Shown here one piece after another: positions 37,311 to 50,887 of a DNA stretch of 64,000 nucleotides. The stretch is from assembly GCA_951406725.2 (NCBI GenBank), contig OX597838.1, forward strand, positions 20,832,001 through 20,896,000. The letters are read 5' to 3'. How positions within the stretch are numbered: position 1 is the stretch's first letter; the number at the start of each line of letters is the position of its first letter. This stretch comes from Octopus vulgaris. Taxonomy: Eukaryota. Made by a program: the position numbers and the translations under genes. The notes under the pieces were generated by a model. It saw nothing but the letters and a program-made list of their open reading frames with translations, did not search any database and had not been told where the DNA came from.

Positions 37311-37727
37311 TACTCTTTTACTCTTTCACTTGTTTCAGTCATTTGACTGTGGCCATGCTGGAGCACCACCTTTAGTTGAGCAAATCAACTCCAGGACTTA
37401 TTCTTTGTAAGCCTAGTACCTACTCTATCGGTCTCTTTTGCCGAACCGCTAAGTCACGTGAAAGTAAACACACCACCATCGGTTGTCAAGCGATGTTGGG
37501 GGGGGGGGACAAACACACACACACACACACACATATATATACATATATACGACGGGCTTCTTTCAGTTTCTGTCTACCAAATCCACTCACAAGGCTTTGG
37601 TTGGCCCGAGGCTATAGTAGAAGACACTTGCCCGAGGTGCCACGCAACGGGACTGAACCCAGAACCATGTGATTGGTAAGCAAGTCACTTACCACACAGC
37701 CACTCCTGCTCCTATAAACGATAAGCG

Positions 37728-37792
37728 TTTCCATGCCGGGAATCGAACCCGGGCCGCCTGGGCGAAAGCCAGGAATCCTAACCACTAGACTA
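37728..37792 (-). pseudogene. tRNA-Glu(TTC) pseudogene lacking the 5' acceptor strand
   Basis: Minus strand tagtctagtggttaggattcctggct-TTC-gcccaggcggcccgggttcgattcccggcatggaaa: D, anticodon and T arms are intact and match eukaryotic tRNA-Glu; the first 7 nt are replaced by AT-rich flank. Confidence 0.85.
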
Positions 37793-38611
37793 TTATTCTA
37801 ATAATAATAAATTGATTTCTGTATTTTTAATCATTTGAGAGAAAGCATTGTTTTCTAATGACATTGGTTAATAGTAACTTTATGATTATCTTTTACTTGA
37901 TAAAGTAATATTTTTTTCTTTTCTTATTTTTCTTTGTTTTGGTGTTGTTGTTGTTGTTATTCCATGTAACTGTGTGATAATGAATGATTTATCAGAAAGA
38001 AGAATCTCAGTCAAAGTTAACTCTCTTCAAAGATTATTTTTTATTCTCCTTTTCTTTTGCTTCTCTTGCTTGTGGTAGTAGTAGCAGCAACAATTCTTTT
38101 TCGTTTTGCTTTTTGCATGCATCTGTCTTTTTTTTTTCTTTTTTTTTTGTCACATGTTCATTCATTCATTCATTCAATCATTCACTCATTTATTCATTCA
38201 TTCCTCTCTGCTGTCTGACATCAGCTGAGACAAGGACAAACAATACTCATAAACATAATAAAAACAGACAACTGTTTCACAATGAGCCAACCAGCCAGCC
38301 AGCTAGGCAACACAGAGTGGAGCTGGAAGAGATATCAAATGGATGGGTGACTTGAAGGCTTTCAGCATTTTTAATGAGGAGGAAAATTTAGTGTTGATGG
38401 GGGGAGATTTAAAGGGCAGTGAAAAATGATGCTTCTGTTTGTAAGCTAATTGTTATTCAGAAGGATGCAAACTTTTACATACACGCATCAATGTACATAT
38501 ATACATCTTATTCTTTCTCCCCTTATCTCACACATACAAACACTTTCTCTTTCTCTGTTTTTCTCTCACACATACATGTATACACAAATACATGCACACA
38601 CATAATTACAT

Positions 38612-38832
38612 TCAGTGGGGTGCTGAAAAGTTCCTGGCTTTAAGGGTATTGTGAAAGGCCTGGATGGTGGCCCAACTTTCCAAGTTCTTTCAGAGGGCTT
38701 AGAAAAACTGAAGGACCTCTGCAATATGTGTGTGAATCTGAGAGAGGAACATCTCAAATAAAATCATAATTAACTGATCCTCTTGTATTTTTGTTTTTTG
38801 CCCAAGGCCAGGAACTTTTCAACACTCCCTCA
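38612..38832. mobile_element. mariner-type MITE
   Basis: Inverted termini ggggtgctgaaaagttcctggc / gccaggaacttttcaacactccc; related copies at about 45755-45855 and 46104-46310. Confidence 0.75.
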
Positions 38833-39483
38833 TATACTCTCTACTTGTTTCAGTCATTTGACTGTGGCCATGCTGGAGCACCACCTTTAGTCCAGCAAAT
38901 TGACCCCAGAACTTATTCTTTGTAAGCCTAGTACTTATTCTATCGGTCTCTTTTGCCGAACCGCTAAGTTACAGGGACGTAAACACATCACCATCGGCTG
39001 TCAAGTGATGTTGGGGAGACAAACACAGACACACAAACATATACACACTCATACATACATATATATGTACATATATAAGATGGGCTTCTTCTAGTTTCCG
39101 TCTACCAAATCCACTCACTAAGCTTTGGTTGGCCCGAGGCTATAGTAGAAGACACTTGCCCAAGGTGCCACGCAGTGGGACTGTGGTTGGGGAGCAATCT
39201 TCTTACCAGAGAGCCACTCCTGCACCTATATATGTACAAATATGCTTAGTTTCAGACTTGGTTCTTCTAATTCTTCATTGGAATCATCACCATCATTTAA
39301 TGTCTCTTTTCCATGCTAGCATGAGTCAGATTGCATGACAGGATGATGAGCAAAACAGCTGCATTGGGCCCCATGACAGTTTTGGCATGGTCTCTACAGC
39401 TGGCACAGTGTGTGCCAGTTGCTTTTATGTGCCACCAACACCAATGGGGGTCATGAAGTAACTTTCAAGACAGGAAAGGACAA

Positions 39484-40828
39484 GTGAAGGTAAAAAGGGG
39501 GCAAAGAAGAAGGGCTCTTAACCCATATAACGTTAATAGGGACTCCATTGGAGCTGACTGATATTGGTCCCAATTTTGTTCTTCTTGCAGAGTATTTGAC
39601 TGGTTCTTTGGTCCTTCTTCAGTTGCACCTCTTTCTTTACTGCTTTCTGAGGCCGCCTCTTTGCACTTCACATAGTGGCCCCTTATGCCAGAAGACAGAC
39701 AATGTGTGCTTGTTCGTCCTCTCCTGATGCCTGCAACAGTTTCCTTTAAATATGCTATTCTTGCATTTGTCACTGCTCTGTTATTTCTAATGCTGAAGTT
39801 TGTCTGTTTTGATAACCTTTTTCCCAGCTGACCTATTTGACTGAATTCTGTGAAATTCCAAGTATTACTTCAAAGCTATCAGTTGAAGAAACATCATCCT
39901 GCAACACACATACACACACATACACCTCTCTTTCTCTGTCTCTTTCTTTCCCTCTCTCTCTTTCTTTGACATAGAAACACACACACACACACCTCTTTCT
40001 TTCACTTCTCTCTCTTTGACATAGAAACTGTGTCCTGATATTTCAATCTTTTTGTTTTCCCTACAGTATGCAAAATATTTGAAATTCACAAACTTCATGG
40101 GTGCAAGAATGGCTGCTGTGTAGGAAGATGTTTGCTTCCAAGCTTCATAGTGGAGGCACATGGCCTAGTGGTTAGATCAGCGGTCGAGGGATCGCGGGTT
40201 TGAATCTCAGACCAGGCGATGTGTGTGTTTATGAGCGAAACACCTAAGCTCCATGCGGCTCCAGCAGAAGGTAATGGCAAACTTCTGCTGACTCTTTCGC
40301 CACAACTTTCTCTCACTCTTTCCTCCTGCATCTTGCAGCTCACCTGCGACGGACTGGCGTCCCATCCAGGTGGGAAACCTATACGTCAAGGAAACCGGGA
40401 AACCGGCCCTTATGAGCGAAGCATGGCTTAAGAAGGAACAAACAGCAACAAGCTTCATGGTTCCAGATTTAGTCCCACACTCTTCGACTACAACTCTGGG
40501 TTGACCAAAGCCTTATGACTGGTTGCCCCTCCCTCCCACACACCACCACTTGATAACTAGTGTTGGTTTGTTTACGTTCCTGTAACAGCAGCTCAGCAAA
40601 AGAAGCTGATGGAATAAGTACCAGGCGAAAAATATGTACTGGGGTTGATTTGTTTGACTAAGCACTCCAAGTTTGTGCTGACAGAGTTTGTCACCACTGC
40701 CTATGGGGAACATTGAATTAGTGATATGTAAGGATACATAAGGATAAAATATCCCGGAAACAGACCTTCCCTTTATAAATGTTCTGAAAACGATTCACAG
40801 CCTTGGATTTTTTAATCGCATTCTATTA

Positions 40829-40887
<59 letters not shown>

Positions 40888-42367
40888 TACTCACACACAT
40901 ATATATTTCTTTACTACCCACAAGGGGCTAAACACAGAGGGGACAAACAAGGACAGACAAAGGGATTAAGTCGATTACATCGACCCCAGTGCGTAACTGG
41001 TACTTAATGTGAAGGTAAAAAGGGGGGCAAAGAAGAAGGGCTCTTAACCCATATACCGTTAATAGGGACTCCATTGGAGCTGACTGATATTGGTCCCAAT
41101 TTTGTTCCTCTTGCAGAGTATTTGACTGGTTCTTTGGTCCTTCTTCAGTTGCACCTCTTTCTTTACTGCTTTCTAAGGCCACCTTTTGCACTTCACATAG
41201 TAGCCCCTTGTGCCAAAAGACAGACAATGTGTGCTTGTTCGTCCTCTTCTGATGCCTGCAACAGTTTCCTTTAAACATGCTATTCTTGCATTTGTCACTG
41301 CTCTGTTATTTCTAATGCTGAAGCTTGTCTGTTTTGATAACCTTTTTCCCAGCTGACCTATTTGACTGAATTCTGTGAAATTCTAAGTATTACTTCAAAG
41401 CTATCAGTTGAAGAAACATCATCCTGCAACACACACACACATACATACACCTCTCTTTCTCTGTCTCTTTCTTTCCCTCTCTTTCTCTCTCTCTCTTTGA
41501 CATAGAAACACACACACCTCTTTCTTTCTCTTCTACTCTCTCTTTGACATAGAAACTGTGTCCTGAGATTTCAGTCTTCTTGTTTTCCCTACAGTATGCA
41601 AAATATTTGAAATTCACAAACTTCATGGGTGTAAGAATGGCTGCTGTGTAGCAAGATGTATGCTTCCAAGCTTCATAGTGGAGGCACATGGCCTAGTGGT
41701 GAGAGCAGCGGACTCGCGGTCGAGGGATCGTGGGTTCGAATCTCAGACCGGGCGATGTGTGTGTTTATGAGCGAAACACCTAAGCTCCATGCGGCTCCGG
41801 TAGAAGGTAATGGCAAACTTCTGCTGACTCTTTTGCCACAACTTTCTCTCACTCTTTCCTCCTGCATCTTGCAGCTCACCTGCGACGGACCGGCGTCCCG
41901 TCCTGGTGGGGAACCTATACGCCAAGGAAACCATGAAACCGGCCCTTATGAGCGAAGCATGGCTTAAGAAGAAACAAACAACAACAAGCTTCATGGTTCC
42001 AGATTTAGTCCCACACTCTTCTACTACAACTCTGGGTTGACCAAAGCCTTATGACTGGTTGCCCCTCCCTCCCACACACCACCACTTGATAACTAGTGTT
42101 GGTTTGTTTACGTTCCTGTAACAGTAGCTCAGCAAAAGAAGCTGATGGAATAAGTACCAGGTGAAAAATATGTACTGGGGTTGATTTGTTTGACTAAGCA
42201 CTCCAAGTTTGTGCTGACAGAGTTTGTCACCACTGCCTATGGGAAACATTGAATTAGTGATTTGTAAGGATACATAAGGATAAAATATCCCAGAAACAGA
42301 CCTTCCCTTTATAAATGTTCTGAAAACGATTCACAGCCTTGGATTTTTTAATCGCATTCTGTTAATT

Positions 42368-42405
<38 letters not shown>

Positions 42406-42526
42406 TACTCACACACATATATATTTCTTTACTACCCACAAGGGGCTAAACACAGAGGGGACAAACAAGGACAGACAAAGGGATTAAGTCGATTACATCG
42501 ACCCCAGTGCATAACTGGTACTTAAT
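39484..42526. repeat. Head-to-tail tandem duplication of about 1.52 kb (39484-41008 and 41009-42526)
   Basis: Colinear copies, including their SINEs and microsatellites, differing by scattered substitutions and indels. The junction lies inside a family-B SINE. Confidence 0.95.
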
Positions 42527-45145
42527 TTATTGACCCCGAAAGGATGAAAGGCAAAGTCGACCTCGGCGGAATTTGAACTCGGAACGTAACGACAGACGAA
42601 ATACGGCTACGTAGGTCGCCCGGCGTGCTAATGTTTCTGCCAGCTCACCACATATGTGCTAATGTTTCTGCCATACTCACACACATATATGATGGGCTTC
42701 TTTCAGCTTCTGTTTACCAAATCCACTCACAAGGCTTCAGTTGGCCCGAGGCTATAGTAGAAGGCACTTGCCCAAGGTGCCACGCAGCGGGACTGAACCT
42801 GGAACCGTGTGGTTGGGGAAGCAAGTTTCTTATTTCTTTATTGCCCACATGGAGCCAAACATAGAGGGGGACGACAAGGATAGGTATATGGACTACGTCG
42901 ATTATATCGACCCCAGTGCGTAACTGGTACTTAATTTATCGACCTCGAAAGGATAAAAGGCAAAGTCGATCTCAGCGGAATTTGAACTGAGAATATAACA
43001 GCAGACGAAATACCGCTAAGCATTTCGTCTGGCATGCTAATGTTTCTGCCAGCTCACCACCTTAAAAAGCAAGTTTCTTACCACACAGCCATGCCTATGC
43101 CTAATCATCATCATCATCATCGTTTTACGTCTGTTCTCCATGCTAGCATGGGTTGGACGGTTCGACCGGGGATCTGGGAAGCCAGAAGGCTGCACCAGGC
43201 TCCAGTCTTATCTGGCAATGTTTCTACAGCTGGATGCCCTTCCTAACGCCAACCATTCCGTGAGTGTAGTGGGTGCTTTTTACATGCCACCTGCACAGGT
43301 GCCAGGTGAGGCTGGCAACGGCCATGGTCGGATTGGTGTATTTTATGTGCCACCGGCACGGAAGCCAGTCGAGGCGGTGCTGGCATCGGCCACAAGTCGG
43401 ATAGTGCTTTTTACGTACCACCAGACCAGGGATCCTGGCTGGTTCAATTCGATTTTGCTTTCGCTTTCGCTTGCCCCAAGAATCTTATATGGGTCTGGTT
43501 TACAACCTCTGATCTAACCCATGCTACTATGGAAAAATAGATGTAAAACAGAATGAACAAATGAATATATACTGTTCATTTTTTTGTTGTGGCTGTGTAT
43601 GATTACTCTTAATGAGACTTTGGTTCTATGCACTAATTTGCTTAATGAAGTGAGTTGTGAATGAATGAGTTATGGTTTTCAATTTAATTATGCTAATCTC
43701 TATGATTATCTTATGATTAGGAAATATGAGGGAGATTAAATGGTAGATAATGATTTGAAGCAGTTACGTCAGGTGTAGCAGAATTCAGAGTTTCTTCCTC
43801 TGTGTATCAAGAATAAAAATTACACGATGCATTTATAAATAGGCACAGGTGTGGCTGTGTGGTGTGAGGTTTGGTTCCCAACCATATGATTCTGGGTTCA
43901 ATCCCATGCAGAGTGCTAGCCAAAGCCTTGTGAGTGGATTTTGTTGATAGAAACTGAAATAAAGCCTGTTGTGAATAGGTGTGGTAAGAAACTTGCTTCC
44001 CAACCACATGGTTCTGGGTTCAGTCCCACTGCATGGCACCTTGGGCAAGCGTCTTCTACTGTAGCCTCAGGCTGACCAAAGCCTTGTGAGTAGATTTGGT
44101 AGACGGAAACTGAAAGAAGCCCATCGAGTATATGTATATATATCTATGTGTGTGTGTCCTTGAGTCTGTGTTTGTGCCCCACATCACTGCTTGACAACTG
44201 GTGTTGGCATGTTTATGTCTCTGTAACCTAGCAGTTCAGCATAGGTGACTGATAGAATAAGTATGAGGCTTAAAAAAAAATGCTGGAGTTGATTTGTTTG
44301 ACTAAAATTCTTCATGGCTGCAGTCAAAATGACTGAAACAAGTTGTCTGTAGAGTTGGTGTCTTCCAGTAGAGGGTCTTCAATAGGATCCAAGCCTGGGC
44401 AGTATGATATGGAGAGCAGGGTGTTGCCTATGCAGCATTTCCTCCGCTCTCTACGTCACTGATGGCTCCAAAGAACACCATGGCTATAACAATTAGGCAC
44501 CAGTGTTGTCACAGGAGTCACCAGAATGAGGTTGTCAATAATGAGGACTCCAGCCCTCGATTTTCCCTCAGAATTTACTCTCTAATCCTTTAACAAGGGT
44601 AGGTATGGCCACAAAGCAGCATCATATTAGCATCAGGGTTTTCTTCCCCAAAACTAGTTGCCTGGTCTTCCCAGGCTAACATTTCCCCTCTCTCCTATTG
44701 ACTTGCTGATTAACCCACAGCTGGGATCCTTATGGGTACTACTACTCCAGGTCAGAATAGATCAGAGTTGCTAAGAGGTGGTTCCATACTCTTCAAGACC
44801 ATAGAACTGTAAACCATTTTCCCTCTCCTAAATTCAGTTTAAAGTCATATCCAGAACCTAGATTATACAACCTAGGTAAAGAAGTATTATGGTCTGGCTA
44901 TCGAATCACTGTCCTTCATAAGTGTTATATATTTACATACACACACCAGTTGGTTGACAATCAACGTAGTATATGCAAGTGGGTTAATATCATTCTATAT
45001 ATATGTAGCTGGTGGTACCAGGATATATTGTATCAATGTGTTGTTTATAATCGAATTCACTCATAACGTTGGCATGTGTGTATATATTGATTTGTTCTAT
45101 GTTCAACAATACATCAAAGCATCAGACATACAAACACACATATAT

Positions 45146-45192
<47 letters not shown>

Positions 45193-45313
45193 TACATACA
45201 TACACTCATACATACATACACTCATACATACATACACTCATACATACATGCACTCATACATACATACACACATACAAATACAAATACACACACATATAAA
45301 TACATACATATAG

Positions 45314-45377
<64 letters not shown>

Positions 45378-45889
45378 ACATACATTTATACACACATTGG
45401 TACTCTGTTGTGTGTTCCAAGTTGATCTGATTAACGAGACAGCCTGCTCATGAAATTAAAGTGCAAGTGGTTGAGTGCTTCACAGACATGTGTACTCTTA
45501 ACATAGTTCTTGGGGAGATCCAGCATGACACAATATGAGAAGGTTGACTCTTTGAAATACAGGTACTACTTGTTTTTGCCAGCTGAGTGGACTGAGGTAA
45601 TGTGAAATAAAGTGCTTTGCTCAAGGACAACAATGCACCACCAAGAATCGAACTCACAACGTTATGATTATGATCTGAATACCCCTATCCACTAAGCCAT
45701 ATGCCTTCACATAAACACATGCACACACACACACACACACACACACACGCATATGAGAGGATGTCGAAAGGAGATTATGCTGAATAAAATCATAATTAAC
45801 TGATTCTCCTGTATTTTCTTTTATTCAAAGCCAGAAACTTTTCAACATCCCCTCGTATATATATATACACACACATATACATATATATG

Positions 45890-45943
<54 letters not shown>

Positions 45944-45990
45944 CACGCATATTCATATATATATATATATATATATATACACGCATATTC

Positions 45991-46031
<41 letters not shown>

Positions 46032-49000
46032 CATACAAATACATACATATATATAAATATATATGTATGTATGTATGTATACACACACTCACACACGTAT
46101 ATACGAGAGGGTGCTGATAAGTTCCTGGTTTTAAGGGTATTGTGAGAGGCTTGGTTGGAGGCCCAATCTTCCTAGTCCTTTTACAGGGCTTTGAAAGACT
46201 GCAGGACCGCTGCAATAAGTATGTGAATCTGAGAGGGGAATATGTTGAGTAAAATCATAATTAACTGATCCTCCTGTATTTTCTTTTACTGAAAGCCAGG
46301 AACTTTACACTTTGTATCCCCTTCATATCACTGTCAGATGTTGTTATACACTGCTAACCACTGTGCTTTTTCACATTGTTGTAGTTCTTGAATGATGTCC
46401 CCACCTCCAACTGGCTATGCAAACAGGCCAACATTCCCCTTAAATGGAATGTCAGTGTGTCATAGAGTTACCTGTTTACAGCTGAGTGGACTGAAGCAAC
46501 ATGAAATGAAGTGTTTTGCTCAAAAACACAATGCACAGCTGGTCTGGGAATTGTGGGAATTGAAATCAAGGTCTTGTTATTGAAAGTCACACACACGACA
46601 TACACATCATCACCACCACCACTACCAACATAGCATATGTAACAGATGGATAATACAAGTGTGTAAGGTGGCGAGCTGGCAGAATCGTTAGCACGCCGGA
46701 TGAAATGCTTAGCGGTATTTCGTCTGCCGCTATGTTCTGAGTTCAAATTCCGCCAAGGTTGACTTTACCTTTCATCCTTTTCAGGGTTGATTAAATAAGT
46801 ACCAGTTACGCGCTGGGGTCGATTTAACCGACTTAATCCTTTTGCCTGTCCTTGTTTGTCCTCTCTATGTTTAGCCCTCTGTGGGCAGTAAAGATATAAA
46901 TATCATCAAGTGTGTGTGTATATGTGTATCATCATCATCATCATTTATTATCAGTTTTCCATGCTGGCATGGGTTGGATGGTTTCGCAGGAGCTGGGTAA
47001 TTGAAGAGTTGTCCTGGCTCCCTGTCTGTTTTGTCATGGTTTCTATGGCTGGATTCTCTTTTTAATGCCAACCTCTTTACAGAGGTAGTAAGCTGAGTAG
47101 TAACTAGGTTGTGTGTGTATATATATATGTGTATATATATATATGTGTATATATATATGTATATATATATGTATATGTATATGCATATATATATGTATGT
47201 ATATGTATGTATATATATATGTATATATATATGTGTGTGTGTGTGTATGTATATATATATGTGTGTGTGTGTGTATGTATATATATATGTGTGTGTGTAT
47301 GTATGTATGTATATATATATATAACACAAATGGGCTGAGATTTACTACAGCTGTTTCACGTGTTTTTTATTGATAAACAAATTGCATCATGTAAAAAAAT
47401 AAACGAAAATTTTCTTCAGATGAATAAAAATAAAATTTGACATTTAGGATTTTTCACACAAAGGGGATAGAATGCATATTGACTCACTCGACTCGGTGCC
47501 AGTTGAGAGAGTCTATCGGATCCTGCAAATAATTATTTCACATACACGCGCGTGTATACACACACACACACTCTGGGCTTCTTTCAGTTTCCATCTACCA
47601 AATTCATTTAAAGCTTGAATGCTGCAAATAATTATCTCACATGTGCGCGCGTGCATACACATATACAAAAACTCTGGGCTTCTTTCAGTTTCCATCTACC
47701 AAATCCATTTAAAGCTTGGTCAGTCTAGGGCTATAGAAGACGACACTCACCTGAGATGCTACACAAGCCCATATGATTGGGAAACAAGCTGATATACCTC
47801 ATTTTAAAGTTTATTTCTCAACTGGATTTTCACTGAAACCAGTATTCCAGTATTGTCTTTGGATATTTCATTGATTTTGTAATCTTTACAAGTATACCAT
47901 TAATTTTCCAGAACCTTTGCTTCAAACTCTTTCTAGATTATTGGTTTTTCTGAACCAGGGACAGTCACACTCTAAATTACAGAAATATTTTACAGTGTGG
48001 GCCAAAAGGCATACAGCAAGACATTTGACAGTTTATCTTTATTCTTTTCTACTCTAGGCACAAGGCCTGAAATTTTGGGGGAGGGGGCCAGTCGATTAGA
48101 TTAACCCCAGTATGAAACTGGTACTTAATTTATCAACCCCAAAAGGATGAAAGGGAAAGCCCTACTTGGTGGAATTTGAACTCAGAACGTAAAGACAGAT
48201 GAAATACCGCTGAGCATTTTGCCCGGTGAAATTTTCTCTATATTGTGTTATTATTATTATTCATTTTGTTCATCATGTACAAGTACACGTGTATTTGTCA
48301 TTATTTTATCCATTTCATTCAATTTTTAGAAAAAGTGAAGCATATCTTTGACAATTCCAGAGTGTATCAAATTTATTGGTGCACGACTTTTGACCCACTA
48401 TTTATTCAAGTATTTTACTGTGCAAGTCCAATACATCCACTCAAAATTTTATAAGTCTGAACTGCAGGAAGCAGTTTTATATACATATCTATCTTTTGTC
48501 GAGGGATGTCATCTTTGTAACTATTTTCTGTTGAGATGTGTCAAGTCTGTTGAAGCAACATAATTTGCAGAAAACACCAATTCTGTCTTTTGGTAGATTT
48601 TGACCCTGTTACTGAAATAACCATGAAATTAAATTTTGCAGTGAAAGGGTTAAATAATCAAATGAAATACAAGTACCTGTACATTAGTATAAACAATATA
48701 AGTTGATTAACCCTTCTGTCGCAATTTATGTTCCTAAAACTAGCTTAATGATAAACTAAATTATTTTACTAATTCTTTGTTATATTTAAAATTAATTGAA
48801 AGAAACACAGAGCATCTCAACAGAAATATGGTAACAAAAGGGTTAATACCGTGTTAAATAGTTCAAGATACTAGCCTGTCCAAGGTATCTGTAAAGCTGC
48901 CTGGCAGCCTTGAGAATTCGAAGTTTCTGTTTGTAAATTAGTGTGACTTATAAGAGGTTTTGAATAATCAGTGTCTGGTAAGTCAGTGTTGTGTTTGTAC

Positions 49001-49073
49001 TATTTTGATTTGATTTCAAAACGAAAGGAAAATAACGCACAATATTCAATGATTTGTTTTAATCTTTTACCAG

Positions 49074-49127
49074 AAATCCCTGACCCGTTTTGCTGATGCT
49101 ATGACAGAAGTGATGAAATATTTTTCA
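49074..49127 (+). CDS. ACAP: ACAP BAR-domain coding exon
   Basis: CAG acceptor, 54 nt, GTAAGT donor. KSLTRFADAMTEVMKYFS (compare TSLTKFSDSLQEMINFHT). In frame with the exon 45 kb upstream. Confidence 0.92.
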
Positions 49128-49194
49128 GTAAGTACAAATAAATTACTTTATTTTGGATTGGTTAATTATACATATATAGATTTGTAGTCTTTTA

Positions 49195-49594
49195 TCTTTA
49201 TATATAAAAGTGAAGTTGTGTGTCTGTCTCCTACGATTTAGATTCCTAACTACTCCCACATTTTGCGGTGCAGTTTAACCAAAACCGGGTATCTTATAGT
49301 CGTGATTCATATCGAGTCCTTCTGGGTATTAGCGCGCGTCTACGATGAGTCTACGATTAAAAAAAAAATTTACCATCATTTTTTTCCATTTTAATGCATT
49401 TTTTAGCTATTATATAAGGGAAGTAACTCTCTAAAAATGTCTACGATGAGTCAACGATTTAAAAAAAAATTTACCATCATTTTTTTTCCCCATTTCTAAT
49501 GCATTTTTTTGCTATTTTTTGGCTATAACTCTCTAAAAATGCTTATATAGTTATTTCCCTTACAAACCCGAGCAACGCCGGGCGATACTGCTAG
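49195..49594 (+). mobile_element. Non-autonomous Helitron
   Basis: A|TC 5' end, 3' hairpin cccgagcaacgccggg followed by CTAG|T, no target duplication; internal tandem duplication of about 100 bp. Confidence 0.9.
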
Positions 49595-49789
49595 TTACTT
49601 ATAAATAATTAGCAAAAAAAAAAAAAAGTAACACTATAAGAAATCATTGTAATTATTTCCATTGTAAAAGTATCTTGCAGAAATAGGGGTTTGTGTAGTA
49701 CACTGCTTGGGAGGTTGCCTGTGATGACCCCAAAAAATACCAACAAATGATGGATGCACTTGTTCAGTTCCACTCCTTTAGTATCAGCC

Positions 49790-49982
49790 AGTTGATTAAA
49801 TTAATCGATCATTTGTTTAACGTGTTGGTTAAACAGTCTGTCGTTTGTTTTATTTCCGTTTTTCATGAAAGTCCAATTGAAAAGGTTGCAAATGGCAACC
49901 AAATGCCCAATGAAAAACAAAAACAATATCAAACGGCTGTTTAGCCAACGAGTTAAACAAACGATTGATTAATTTAACCAAT
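49790..49982. repeat. Fold-back element / MITE with long imperfect inverted arms
   Basis: ttgattaaattaatcgatcatttgtttaac...ttggttaaacag versus ctgtttagccaa...gttaaacaaacgattgattaatttaaccaa. Confidence 0.7.
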
Positions 49983-49989
49983 TCACTAA

Positions 49990-50887
49990 TAATAAACAAC
50001 ACTGAACACCTTTTTGATCTCCATATGTCTAACACACGTGGACATGCCTACAAAGTCAGAAAACAACACAGCTCCCATGACTTTTGGAAACATTTTTTCA
50101 CGCTCAGAGTTGCTGAAGCATGGAACCAAACGTGCAACCAAACGCATACCCTCCATCAGACACCTACCATATTCTGAGCGCCTTGTTTCCCTGGGCATGG
50201 ATTCACTGAAGCTCCGGCGTTTGGCGACGGACTTGGTAAACACCCACAAAGTTATCAACCACCTCACCAACAACAACACTGAACACCTTTTTGATCTCCA
50301 TGTGTCTAACACACGTGGACATGCCTACAAAGTCAGAAAACAATACAGCTCCCATGACTTTCGGAAACATTTTTTCACGCTCAGAGTTGCTGAAGCATGG
50401 AATAAACTGCCTGCGTCAGTTGTTGACTGCCATGACACTGCATCTTTTAAGGCCCTCATGCTTTCCGAAATCTGCCGAAACTTCACCTGATTATATATAC
50501 ACTTTAGATGAGTTGTAGTGCACCTGAGCACTGTACACAATTATTATTATTATTATTATTATGGAACAAACTGCCTGCATCAGTTGTTGACTGCCATGAC
50601 ACTGCATCCTTTAAGGCCCTCATGCTTTCCGAAATCCGCCAAAACTACACCTGATTATATATACACTTTAGATGAGTTGTAGTGCACCTGAGCACTGTAC
50701 ACAATTATTATTATTATTATTATTATGGAACAAACTGCCTGCATCAGTTGTTGACTGCCATGACACTGCATCTTTTAAGGCCCTCATGCTTTCCGAAATC
50801 CGCTGAAACTACACCTGATTATATATACACTTTAGATGAGTTGTAGTGCACCTGAGCACTGTACACAATTATTATTATTATTATTAT
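49990..50887 (+). mobile_element. Rearranged CR1 insertion with three tandem 3' ends
   Basis: Same family as 19616-20245. An internal piece (49990-50126) precedes the body, which is followed by two extra units of about 165 bp, each ending in (TTA)n. Confidence 0.92.

Larger units (their letters stand above)
4201..49073 (+). other. About 44.9-kb phase-0 intron of ACAP
   Basis: GT...AG boundaries. The flanking exons join into contiguous BAR sequence (DDDLAS|KSLTRF) with no residues obviously missing relative to vertebrate ACAPs. Confidence 0.88.

Noticed and set aside
38224-38345. Exon-like stretch after a long pyrimidine tract
   Set aside because: Weak donor, phase incompatible with the next ACAP exon, no recognisable homology.
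39465-39773. 102-aa ORF present in both duplicate copies
   Set aside because: Reading frames differ between the copies and there are no splice signals or known domains; probably decayed retroelement sequence.
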